This document shows, piece after piece, positions 9,530 through 17,801 of a stretch of 64,000 nucleotides of DNA (its first letter is position 1; every line of letters begins with the position of its first letter). The notes beneath the pieces were generated by a model that saw only the letters and a list, made by a program, of their open reading frames with translations, made no database searches and was not told the DNA's origin. A program made the position numbers and the translations under genes. Origin of the DNA: an uncultured Alphaproteobacteria bacterium (GTDB lineage: Bacteria; Pseudomonadota; Alphaproteobacteria; Rhizobiales; Xanthobacteraceae); NCBI GenBank assembly GCA_963756215.1, contig CAVWMY010000003.1:333442-397441 (forward strand). The letters are read 5' to 3'.

Positions 9530-11356
9530 TCACCGTCTGCCAAACAGCTTCTCGATATCCGAAAGCTTCAATTCCACATAGGTCGGGCGGCCGTGGTTGC
9601 ATTGTCCGGAATTCGGCGTGTCCTCCATCTCGCGCAACAGCGCGTTCATCTCTTCCGGTTTGAGGCGGCGGCCAGCGCGCACCGAGCCGTGGCAGGCCAT
9701 GGTGGCTGCGACATGCATCAGGCGGCGTTCCAGCGGCAGTGCTTCGTCCCATTCCGCCATGTGCTCGGCGAGGTCGCGCAACAGCGACGCCGCATTGGCC
9801 TTGCCGAGCAGCGAGGGCGTCTCGCGCACCGCGACCGCGCCGGGGCCGAACGAGTCGATCGCGAGCCCGAATGAAGCCAGCTCCTCGGCACGGTCGACGA
9901 TCTTCTCCACCGTCGCCTCGTCGAGTTCGACGATTTCCGGAATCAGCAGGATCTGGCGCTGCACGCCGTTCTTGGCGAGCGAGGCCTTGAGCTTTTCATA
10001 GACGATGCGCTCATGCGCGGCGTGCTGGTCGACCACGACGAGCCCGTCACGCGTCTGCGAGACGATGTAGGTCTCGTGAATCTGGGTCCGCGCCGCACCG
10101 AGCGGACGATCGAGCAGATCGGCCGCCGGCGCCTGCTCGGCACGCACATCGGCGGTTGGCGCCCCGACGTCGAATGCGGCCTGTCCGGGTTCGGCAAAGG
10201 CGGCTGCCGCGGTCGCCTCGAATGCCGGCCTCCGGTCACCCGGCGACATCGCTTGAGGAAAGGCCGGCGAGCGCTGCCAATCCCAATTGGCGGGGCGCGG
10301 CGTGAACGCGGGACGGAAGGAGGCGAGGGCGGCGCCGTCGCTGTTGGCCGCGGTGCGCTTTCCCTCGCGGGCAAGGCCTTCCTTCAGCGCGTGCACGATC
10401 AGGGCGCGGACCAGGCCGGCGTTGCGAAACCGCACCTCGGTCTTGGCCGGATGCACATTGGCATCGACCTCCTGAGGGCTAAGCGTGACAAACAGCGCCA
10501 CCACGGGATGGCGGTCGCGCGGCAGGTAGTCGGAATAGGCTGCGCGCACCGCGCCCAGGATCAGCTTGTCGCGCACCGGGCGGCCGTTGACGAACAGATA
10601 TTGACCGAGCGCATTGGCGCGGGTCAGCGACGGCGCGGCGGCGAAGCCTTCGACCGCGGTGCCTTCGCGCTCGGCGCGTACTTCGATGGCGCTGGCGCGA
10701 AAATCGCTCCCGAGAATGTCGCCGAGCCGGGTGAGCCGGCCGGGTGCGCCGGGCAGGGCCGCGGCCCAGGTGACGGGCGCGCGCTCCTCGCCCGACAGCG
10801 TGAAGGCAATGTCGGGCCGCGCCATCGCGAGCCGGCGCACGACCTCGCGGATCGCTTCGGCTTCGGTGCGGTCGGTCTTGAGAAACTTCAGCCGCGCCGG
10901 CGTCGCGTAAAACAGATCGCTGACTTCGACGCGGGTGCCGTGGCCGAGCGCGGCCGGCATGATGGCCGATTTTGCGCCGCCTTCGACCAACAACGACCAG
11001 GCGTGCGGTTCGCCGGCGTGCCGGGTGGTGATGCCGAGCTTCGCCACCGCGCCGATCGAGGGCAGCGCCTCGCCGCGAAACCCGAGCGTGCGGATCTGCA
11101 GCAGATCCTCGTCGTCGAGCTTGGAGGTGGCGTGGCGATCCACCGCGAGCGCCAGATCGTTGCGGGTCATGCCGTCGCCGTCGTCGGTAATGCCGATCCG
11201 CCGCCGGCCGCCGCCGTCGGTGAAAATATCGATCCGGCTGGCGCCGGCGTCGATGGCGTTTTCGACCAGTTCCTTGACCACGCTTGCCGGGCGCTCGACC
11301 ACTTCGCCGGCGGCGATGCGGTTGACGACCTGTTCAGGGAGCTGGCGGACGGGCAT
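9530..11356 (-). CDS. mutL: DNA mismatch repair protein MutL
   Basis: MPVRQLPEQVVNRIAAGEVVERPASVVKELVENAIDAG...ITDDGDGM is a GHKL ATPase N-terminus, followed by a MutL C-terminal dimerisation/endonuclease region. Start is the ATG at 11356. Confidence 0.95.
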   Translation of the reverse strand: MPVRQLPEQVVNRIAAGEVVERPASVVKELVENAIDAGASRIDIFTDGGGRRRIGITDDGDGMTRNDLALAVDRHATSKLDDEDLLQIRTLGFRGEALPSIGAVAKLGITTRHAGEPHAWSLLVEGGAKSAIMPAALGHGTRVEVSDLFYATPARLKFLKTDRTEAEAIREVVRRLAMARPDIAFTLSGEERAPVTWAAALPGAPGRLTRLGDILGSDFRASAIEVRAEREGTAVEGFAAAPSLTRANALGQYLFVNGRPVRDKLILGAVRAAYSDYLPRDRHPVVALFVTLSPQEVDANVHPAKTEVRFRNAGLVRALIVHALKEGLAREGKRTAANSDGAALASFRPAFTPRPANWDWQRSPAFPQAMSPGDRRPAFEATAAAAFAEPGQAAFDVGAPTADVRAEQAPAADLLDRPLGAARTQIHETYIVSQTRDGLVVVDQHAAHERIVYEKLKASLAKNGVQRQILLIPEIVELDEATVEKIVDRAEELASFGLAIDSFGPGAVAVRETPSLLGKANAASLLRDLAEHMAEWDEALPLERRLMHVAATMACHGSVRAGRRLKPEEMNALLREMEDTPNSGQCNHGRPTYVELKLSDIEKLFGRR

Positions 11357-11504
11357 GGGCTTTTGGTAACTCGTGGTCGCGGAGAGGCAATCTAGGAGCT
11401 TTTGTCCGGTCATGGGAGGGCGGATCCGGCGAGACCGAGCGGCTTCCACATCCCTTTCAGTTCACGACGGGAACATTGTGAGTCGTGTCCACTTCGGTAT
11501 ATCG

Positions 11505-11521
11505 TTTAGAAAAGCTCTAAG
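11505..11521 (+). promoter_or_regulatory. Candidate Irr-type iron control element (ICE-like palindrome)
   Basis: TTTAGAA-AAG-CTCTAAG matches the recalled ICE consensus TTTAGAA-N3-TTCTAAA at 12 of 14 positions. It lies 19 nt upstream of the RHH gene ATG in the mutL/RHH divergent region. Confidence 0.2.
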
Positions 11522-11539
11522 AAAGCCCGGGAGGATGCC

Positions 11540-11857
11540 ATGTGCCAGCTGTTCGCCCATCAGCCGCAGCGCGACTATAAATCGCAAACCAGGTCGCTGC
11601 GCATCGATGGGCATTGCACCTCGATCCGGCTGGAATTGGCGTTTTGGGACACGCTCGAGGAAATTGCGAGCCGGGAAAACCTGAGTCTGGCGAAATTCCT
11701 GACGCGTTTGCACAGCGAGGTTCTCGATCACTACGGCCAAGTTCATAACTTCGCTTCGCTGCTGCGCTGTTCGTGCCTGATCTATCGATCAAAGGCTGCG
11801 GCGGTCGTTCCCGACTTTCTCGATCGCACGACGCCGCAACTCGTCGCGGCCGAGTGA
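11540..11857 (+). CDS. Ribbon-helix-helix (RHH_4-type) domain protein
   Basis: SLRIDGHCTSIRLELAFWDTLEEIASRENLSLAKFLTRLHSEV...FASLLRCSCL matches the alphaproteobacterial RHH_4 pattern. An SD GGGAGG lies 6 nt upstream of the ATG. Confidence 0.7.
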   Translation: MCQLFAHQPQRDYKSQTRSLRIDGHCTSIRLELAFWDTLEEIASRENLSLAKFLTRLHSEVLDHYGQVHNFASLLRCSCLIYRSKAAAVVPDFLDRTTPQLVAAE

Positions 11858-11890
11858 TGGTTCGTCGTTGCCGGCGCCCGCGCGCTCCCC

Positions 11891-12796
11891 GCCGATGATG
11901 CTGATCGGTGTAACCCGGATGAGCCAACAGGTCGCGCGAACGCGCGCCCGATGACAGGCTCCGCGATATCCGGGAAAGAAACACTACCCCGCATGTCGCT
12001 GCGCTCATGCGGGCTACGGTTGCTTCGCCGGGGCGACGTCGACGCGCGATCGGATTTTCAGGGCTGCTGCACTCCGCGTCATTGATGTTGATAGGCGTAG
12101 CCCGGATGAGCGAAGCGATATCCGGGAAAGACTGCCCCGCATATCGCTTCACTCATGCGGGCTACGGTTGCTTCGCCGGGGCGACGTCGACGGGCGATCG
12201 GATTTTCAGGGCTGCTGCACTCCGCGTCATTGATGTCAAGCGGTGTAGCCCGGATGAGCTCCGCGATATCCGGGAAAGACTGCCCCGCATATCGCTTCGC
12301 TCATGCGGGCTACGGTTGCTTCGCCGGGGCGACGTCGACGCGCGATCGGATTTTCAGGGCTGCTGCACACCACGTCATTGATGTCAAGCGGTGTAGCCCG
12401 GATGAGCTCCGCGATATCCGGGAAAGACTGCCCCGCATATCGCTTCGCTCATGCGGGCTACGGTTGCTTCGCCGGGGCGACGTCGATGGGCGATCGGATT
12501 TTCAGGGCTGCTGCACACCGCGTCATTGATGTTGAGCGGTGTAGCCCGGATGAGCGAAGCGATATCCGGGAAAGAAAGACTACCCCGCATATCGCTGCGC
12601 TCATGCGGGCTACGGTAGCTGCGCCGAGACGGCGTCGACGCGCGATCGGATTTTCAGGGTCGCTGCACACCACGTCATTGATGCTGATAAGTGTAGCCCG
12701 GATGAGCCAACGGGTCGCGTGAACGCGCGCCCGAGGACAGGCTCTGCGATATCCGGGAAAGACGCCCCCGCATATCGCTGCGCTCATGCGGGCTAC
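11891..12796. repeat. Tandem array of six units (148-bp period in the core), each a REP-type hairpin plus a conserved 78-nt linker
   Basis: The hairpin left arm gtagcccggatgag starts at 11910 (variant gtaaccc), 12097, 12245, 12393, 12541 and 12693. The arms gtagcccggatgagcgaagcgatatccggg and cccgcatatcgcttcgctcatgcgggctac are near-perfect inverted repeats. The two outer units carry a 39-nt insertion in the left arm. Track ORFs 12007.., 12155.. and 12303.. (MRATVASPGRRRRAIGF...) are translations of the repeat. Confidence 0.9.
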
Positions 12797-12908
12797 AGGA
12801 CGCAGATGCCGGATTTGCATAGCGTCCCATTGGCGGGCTGCGATGATTGCCCAGTCCTAGACTCTAGCGTGGGCGCGGTGACGGAATGGTCCTGCCGATT
12901 GCAGGACT

Positions 12909-12922
12909 TTGATTTATCTCAA
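12909..12922 (+). promoter_or_regulatory. Candidate FNR/FixK-type box
   Basis: TTGAT-TTAT-CTCAA carries the TTGA-N6-TCAA core of FNR/FixK boxes. It lies 43 nt upstream of the metallophosphoesterase ATG, which is too close for a standard class II geometry given the SD at 12951-12956. Confidence 0.15.
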
Positions 12923-12964
12923 CTAAATGAGTGAAAGCCCACCCTCAACGAAGGGATATTGATC

Positions 12965-14302
12965 ATGCACTCATCCAGATCATCCGGCGGTCCTAGCCGT
13001 CGCCTTGTGCTCGGGGCTCTGGCTACGCTGCCTGTGGTCGCCGCACCGCTCGTCGCAAGCGTGGAGACGGCGACCGCACAGGCGCCGCCTCCGACCGGCG
13101 GTGGCTTCTCGTTCGCCGCGGTCGGCGATACCCGGCCGATGATGTATCTGCCGTTGAAAGAGGGGCAACCCGACCTCAGTAAATTCTTTGTCGAGATGTT
13201 CGGGCTGGTCATGCCGGAGAAAGTCGCAGAAGCCGTTGTGGCGAAGGATGTGAAGATGATCTTCGATCCCGTCACAAAAGAGCTGATCAGGATAATCATG
13301 CCATTCGCGTCCAAGACCGAAGTCATGACGCTGACAGTGGATAAGGGTTGGGTCACCGAGGCATCCGTTGAAGACGTGAAGCTGCTTCCCGGGGTGCATC
13401 GGACCATGTTCCGGCTTCAGGGCGGCGAATGGGTCACCCGTGAAATCGTGAGGGACGTTCGATCCGGTCGTGCCAAATTCGTGGTCAATAGCGGTGACGC
13501 CGTCTGGTGGGGTAATCAGGGCTTGACCGTCAGCGACAGCCCGTACTGGAAGCGGGTGAACGATACGATGTTGAAGAAGCTACCCGCGCCGGATGACGAG
13601 ATGCGCGCGGCAGGGCTCGATGGGCGTTTCTTCATGAGTGTGGGCAATCACGAAGTGTGGGGCGATCCGAAGATCGAGGGCGTTCTTTCGGCGTTGCCGT
13701 ATCTGAAAACGTTCGGCGTCACGCCGGAAAACCTCATCTACAAGTTCGACTTCAAGGGAACCCGCTTCATCTACCTGTGGAGCGGCAAGTATGATTATCG
13801 TTCGCCATCGCTGTGGGATGCCGACCGGCCAAAATATGCGGAGCAGATGACGCAGCTTCAGAAATGGCTGGACGAAGCCAAGGCCAATGGCATCCGCAAG
13901 GCCTTTGTCGTCTTTCATTATCCCGTTTTTGCGCGCTCGGGCCTGGGCCCTATCCCGGCCAGCGACAATCCACACAAGGTGATCGCGTCCTATGCCAGGG
14001 ATATGGAGGTCGTCGTGTTGAACGGGCACGTCCACACCACCGAGATCTACGAAGTAGACGGGGTAAAGTACCTGATGCTCGGCGGTGGTGGTGCCGAACA
14101 GGACCCCATCCTTCCCGGTCGCACGAGCATCAAGGTGCCCGCCGACTATCCGCCCGATCTTTATTGGAAGGGCCGGCCTCCACAGGAGGAATACAACTAC
14201 GTCCTTGTCGATGTCGACCCTGGGCAGAAGACGAAGTTCACTCTCAATCGGTTTCGGCCGTGGTCGGCGGACCCGTTTGGAACCGAAGAGCTCTTCACCT
14301 GA
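12965..14302 (+). CDS. Tat-exported metallophosphoesterase (atypical motifs I and II)
   Basis: The Tat signal is SRRLVLGALATLPVVAAPLVASVETATAQA. Motifs are GDTR, GDAVWWG, GNHE, FHYP and GHVH. An SD AAGGGA lies 8 nt before the ATG at 12965. G+C is lower than in neighbouring genes. Confidence 0.8.
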   Translation: MHSSRSSGGPSRRLVLGALATLPVVAAPLVASVETATAQAPPPTGGGFSFAAVGDTRPMMYLPLKEGQPDLSKFFVEMFGLVMPEKVAEAVVAKDVKMIFDPVTKELIRIIMPFASKTEVMTLTVDKGWVTEASVEDVKLLPGVHRTMFRLQGGEWVTREIVRDVRSGRAKFVVNSGDAVWWGNQGLTVSDSPYWKRVNDTMLKKLPAPDDEMRAAGLDGRFFMSVGNHEVWGDPKIEGVLSALPYLKTFGVTPENLIYKFDFKGTRFIYLWSGKYDYRSPSLWDADRPKYAEQMTQLQKWLDEAKANGIRKAFVVFHYPVFARSGLGPIPASDNPHKVIASYARDMEVVVLNGHVHTTEIYEVDGVKYLMLGGGGAEQDPILPGRTSIKVPADYPPDLYWKGRPPQEEYNYVLVDVDPGQKTKFTLNRFRPWSADPFGTEELFT

Positions 14303-14330
14303 ACGCGCCACGGCCAAAGGCGGGAGTGCA

Positions 14331-14798
14331 GTGTTGTCGACAGTACTGTTGATCCTTCATGGCCTGGTGGCCGTCGCGCTGCTTGGCGCGATTACGCACC
14401 AAACTCTGGCGACGTGGGCGACTGCAGGCGTGCGCCCCAGCTCGTTTCTAGGCCGCTTTCGCTCCGTGCCATCGGAGCGGTTCGCCAACGCCATCGTCGT
14501 CTTGTACGCCGTCTCCATCCTGCTCGGTGGGATCATCTACCTGTACTTTCGCGTCGACATCAGGCCGGGGTTAGAGCGCGCCGGTCATTGGCCGGCGCTG
14601 GGCTTTTTCGACCTCAAGGAGCACTTCGCCGCCATCGGTTTCGCGTTGCTACCGGCCTACTGGGTTTGCTGGCGACGGCCGACTGCAGATGATCGCTCGC
14701 AGATACGCGCCATGCTCACCTCGATACTTGCGTTCATCGTGTGGTGGGGCTTCCTGACGGGCCACGTCGTAAACAATATCATGGGTTTCGGCTCGTGA
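14331..14798 (+). CDS. Small polytopic membrane protein (4 predicted TM helices), no family recognised
   Basis: A GTG at 14331 is preceded by AAGGCGGGAG. The hydrophobic segments are VLSTVLLILHGLVAVALLGAI, FANAIVVLYAVSILLGGIIYLYF, FAAIGFALLPAYWVCW and MLTSILAFIVWWGFLTGHVV. Confidence 0.6.
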   Translation: MLSTVLLILHGLVAVALLGAITHQTLATWATAGVRPSSFLGRFRSVPSERFANAIVVLYAVSILLGGIIYLYFRVDIRPGLERAGHWPALGFFDLKEHFAAIGFALLPAYWVCWRRPTADDRSQIRAMLTSILAFIVWWGFLTGHVVNNIMGFGS

Positions 14799-15160
14799 TG
14801 TCGTCGTCCGCGCTGCGAAGGTTCACGTTCGCATTCGGGACAGCGTTCGCGGTTCTTTACGTCGTTGCGGTCGCAAAGGATCTTGCGCTGTTCACCGTGT
14901 TTCCTTCGCTCGGCATCGTGCTGGCCGGCACGCAACATACGAACGACGTTGCCGATCCCGCGTTGGGATTTCTTGCGCCAGCGATGTACTGGTATGGCTG
15001 GGCTGCGACGGCCGCACTCGGGGCACTGATGGTCGCGCTCGTCGCCGTAGCGTTCTCGGGAGGTTGGGCGCGACACGTTTGGCCCGGTTGGGTGTGGGTA
15101 ATTCCTGTCCTCTCGATGGTCGCTTGCGTCTATCTCACTCTGCCCTGGTTTCGGCTTTGA
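14798..15160 (+). CDS. Small polytopic membrane protein (3-4 predicted TM helices), no family recognised
   Basis: The ATG at 14798 shares one base with the upstream TGA (GTGATG), which indicates translational coupling. The hydrophobic segments are FTFAFGTAFAVLYVVAVA, LFTVFPSLGIVLAG, YWYGWAATAALGALMVALVAVAF and VWVIPVLSMVACVYLTL. Confidence 0.6.
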   Translation: MSSSALRRFTFAFGTAFAVLYVVAVAKDLALFTVFPSLGIVLAGTQHTNDVADPALGFLAPAMYWYGWAATAALGALMVALVAVAFSGGWARHVWPGWVWVIPVLSMVACVYLTLPWFRL

Positions 15161-15504
15161 GTGGAGTGCCATGCCGGAAAACGGGTCTTGGCTGCGTGAA
15201 AGCGCAACCGCATGGGCTCCAGCGGGCGAGATTTCACATTTTCACGCCGCCGGGGTCTATCGCGACGAGGTCGAGTCAGCAGCAAGTCGGACCCCGTCCG
15301 TCCTGCCCGATCACGACCAACCTGCGCTTCGCAGCGTCATGACGCGAGGTGCCGATTTCAGGACGCATGCGCCGCGGCAAACGGCGACAGGTCACGAGGT
15401 CGCCGCGCGGCTCGCTCTGTCTTACGATTTGGGCATGATCTCCGCGCAAAACGTTTCGCCCCGGCGCGAGGAAAACCCAACGATGCGATATCAATTCGGC
15501 GCAG

Positions 15505-17073
15505 CTAAATCTCCTTTCGCTGCATGGCGCCGGCGATGTGATCGGCCTGCCTGACGGCAAGCGCCACGATCGTGAGCGTCGGATTGCAGGCCGCTCCGCT
15601 GGTGAACTGGCTGCCGTCCGAAACGAACAGATTCTTGATATCGTGGGCCTGTCCGAATTTGTTGACGACGCCGTCGCGGGCTTTCGCGCTCATCCGGTTC
15701 GTGCCCATGTTATGCGTGCTGGGATAGGGCGCGGTCGGATAGGTCACAGTCGCGCCGACGGCTTCGTAAACCGCAGCGCCCTGCTTGTAGGCGTGATTGC
15801 GCATGGCCATGTCGTTGGGATGGTCGTCGTAATGAACGCTGGCGACCGGCATCCCGAACTTATCCTTGGCTTTCGGGTCGAGCGTCACGCGGTTGGTTTC
15901 TTGCGGCATGTCCTCGCCGACCAGCCACATCCCGGCCATGCGCGGATAGCCTTCCATCGCCGACGTGAACGGACGTCCCCATGCGCCTGGATTGAGGAAA
16001 GCTGCCATGAACGGCAAGCCAAGCGAGAGCGTTTCCATCTCATAGCCGCCCAGGAAGCCCCGCGACGGATCGTTCTTGGCTTCGTCGCGGATGATGCCGG
16101 CCATGGTCGTACCCCGATACATGTGAACCGACTTGTCGAACACGGCATAGACACTGCCGGTCATGTGACGCATGTAGTTGCGGCCGACCTGTCCGGAGCT
16201 GTTGGCGAGGCCGTCCGGGAACGTACTGGACGCGCTGTTGAGCAACAGCCTCGGACTTTCGATCGAATTGCCGGCCACCGCGACGACGCGCGCCTTCTGC
16301 CGCTGCATCTTTCCGGCCTCGTCGGCATAGACGACGCCGGTGACCTTGCCCGATGCATCGTGCTCGATCTTGATCGCCATGCTGCCGGGGCGAACTTCAA
16401 GGTTGCCGGTTGCTTCGCCCTTGGGGATTTCCGTATAGAGCGTCGACCATTTGGCGCCCGACTTGCAGCCCTGGAAGCAAAAGCCGATCTGCTGGCACGA
16501 GCCACGGCCGTCACGCGGTTCGGAGTTGATCGCCATCCGTCCGGTATGGACTTCCTTGTAACCGAGCTTCTTGGCGCCGGCTTCCATCACTTTGAAATTG
16601 TTGTTGCCGGGCAACCCCGGAATGTTGTTGGTGCGGGTCACACCCATCTTGTTTTCGGCCTTGGCGTACCACGGCTCCATTTCGGCCAGTGTGATCGGCC
16701 AATCCTGCAAATTGGCGCCGGGAATGTTGCCGTAGGCGCTTCTGATCTTGAATTCATGTTCGTCGAACCGCAGCGATGCGCCCGCCCAATGGACGGTCGA
16801 TCCGCCGACCGATTTGACGATCCAGGCCGGCAGGTTGGGGAAATCCCTCGCCACGCGCCAGTCGCCGGACGTGGTGCGCATATCCGTCCACGCCAGTTGC
16901 GTGAAGCTTTCCCATTCGTTGTTGATGAAGTCATGCAGTTCGGTGCGCGGACCGGCCTCGAGGATCACGACCTTGACGCCTTTTTGCGCCAGCTCGTTGC
17001 CCAGCGTACCGCCGCCGGCGCCGGAGCCGATGATGACGACGAGGCCATCGTCGTTCAGATCAAATTTCGCCAT
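15505..17073 (-). CDS. GMC-family FAD-dependent oxidoreductase, large (flavoprotein) subunit
   Basis: MAKFDLNDDGLVVIIGSGAGGGTLGNELAQKGVKVVILEAG is a Rossmann FAD motif, and the GMC C-terminal region is present (HNMGTNRM..NLFVSDGSQFTS). There is no signal peptide. An SD GGGAGC precedes the ATG at 17073. Confidence 0.9.
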   Translation of the reverse strand: MAKFDLNDDGLVVIIGSGAGGGTLGNELAQKGVKVVILEAGPRTELHDFINNEWESFTQLAWTDMRTTSGDWRVARDFPNLPAWIVKSVGGSTVHWAGASLRFDEHEFKIRSAYGNIPGANLQDWPITLAEMEPWYAKAENKMGVTRTNNIPGLPGNNNFKVMEAGAKKLGYKEVHTGRMAINSEPRDGRGSCQQIGFCFQGCKSGAKWSTLYTEIPKGEATGNLEVRPGSMAIKIEHDASGKVTGVVYADEAGKMQRQKARVVAVAGNSIESPRLLLNSASSTFPDGLANSSGQVGRNYMRHMTGSVYAVFDKSVHMYRGTTMAGIIRDEAKNDPSRGFLGGYEMETLSLGLPFMAAFLNPGAWGRPFTSAMEGYPRMAGMWLVGEDMPQETNRVTLDPKAKDKFGMPVASVHYDDHPNDMAMRNHAYKQGAAVYEAVGATVTYPTAPYPSTHNMGTNRMSAKARDGVVNKFGQAHDIKNLFVSDGSQFTSGAACNPTLTIVALAVRQADHIAGAMQRKEI

Positions 17074-17122
17074 GATGTTTGCTCCCAACAGGATTTTGCC
17101 AACCGGATTTAGCTCGAAGCCT

Positions 17123-17671
17123 TCAGGCTTTCGGCAGCCAATCGATGTCGTTGAAGCCGCGGTTGATGTAACCGCCATGCTCGGCGGACGAGCCCTCGTA
17201 GCCGAATTTCGGCCACAGCTCTTCCTGGTTGTAGAGGGAGACGACGAGGTCGCCGCGGATTTTCTTGAAGAAATCGGTTTGCTCGATTCCCTGGAGCAGG
17301 ACGACCCGGTCGGCTTCCCAGGGCACCGCAATGTAGGTCAGCTTGTGCCGGTCCTGCGCGTCCTGATCGAGACGTCGAACACCGTCTTCGAGCATCGCCT
17401 TGACCGCAGGATCTTTCGCCGCCTTTGCGTCCCACGGCTTGATCGCGGTGATGTAATAGCTGTCGACCAGGAAGTCGTGCGGGTAGATATCGCGCGCAAC
17501 CTTGACCAATGTCTTCAAGGTGGCTGGCGTCAGCGTCGTCGCGTCACCGGCCCACGCATCTTCGATGGCGATGCCGGTGCTCGCCGCAACGGCTGCGACG
17601 GGAACTGCGGTCGCGGCGCCCTGCAGGAAGATTCGGCGGCTGTATTTGCCTCGACGGTCGACTTCTCTCAT
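17123..17671 (-). CDS. Gluconate 2-dehydrogenase subunit-3-family small subunit with Tat signal
   Basis: MREVDRRGKYSRRIFLQGAATAVPVAAVAAS is a twin-arginine motif. An SD GGAGGA precedes the ATG at 17671. The gene lies immediately upstream of the GMC gene. Confidence 0.85.
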   Translation of the reverse strand: MREVDRRGKYSRRIFLQGAATAVPVAAVAASTGIAIEDAWAGDATTLTPATLKTLVKVARDIYPHDFLVDSYYITAIKPWDAKAAKDPAVKAMLEDGVRRLDQDAQDRHKLTYIAVPWEADRVVLLQGIEQTDFFKKIRGDLVVSLYNQEELWPKFGYEGSSAEHGGYINRGFNDIDWLPKA

Positions 17672-17708
17672 GGGTGTCCTCCATTGGATGTCTTCTTGTT
17701 GAGTGCGC

Positions 17709-17748
17709 AAGATCATGATCCGATCGATTGAAACCGGATCATGATCTT
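17709..17748. promoter_or_regulatory. Perfect 14-bp inverted repeat containing two copies of the 10-bp palindrome GATCATGATC
   Basis: The sequence is aagatcatgatccg-N12-cggatcatgatctt. It lies between the VOC stop (17802) and the small-subunit start (17671). It could be an operator or an RNA hairpin. Confidence 0.3.
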
Positions 17749-17801
17749 TTCCTTTGTTTGAGCATGGTCCGCGCAAGCGCTTCGCGTTTCCGAACCATGC
17801 T

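Noticed and set aside
12007-12722. Three overlapping ORFs starting MRATVASPGRRRRAIGFSGLLH... as a paralogous gene family.
   Set aside because: They are in-phase translations of the 148-bp repeat units. They have no SD sequences and no protein-like composition.
11891-12796. The tandem array as a CRISPR locus.
   Set aside because: The segments between hairpins are conserved from unit to unit and so are not unique spacers. The repeat is a long imperfect palindrome also found as a singleton elsewhere. No cas genes or leader are present.
15171-15554. A 127-aa ORF directly after the second orphan membrane gene, with a GTGGAG SD-like sequence 3 nt upstream of its ATG.
   Set aside because: It has no recognisable domain, mixed codon bias and a hydrophilic low-complexity sequence. 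Its last 50 nt overlap the convergent GMC gene. I keep it only as a note under the cassette finding and do not report it as a feature.
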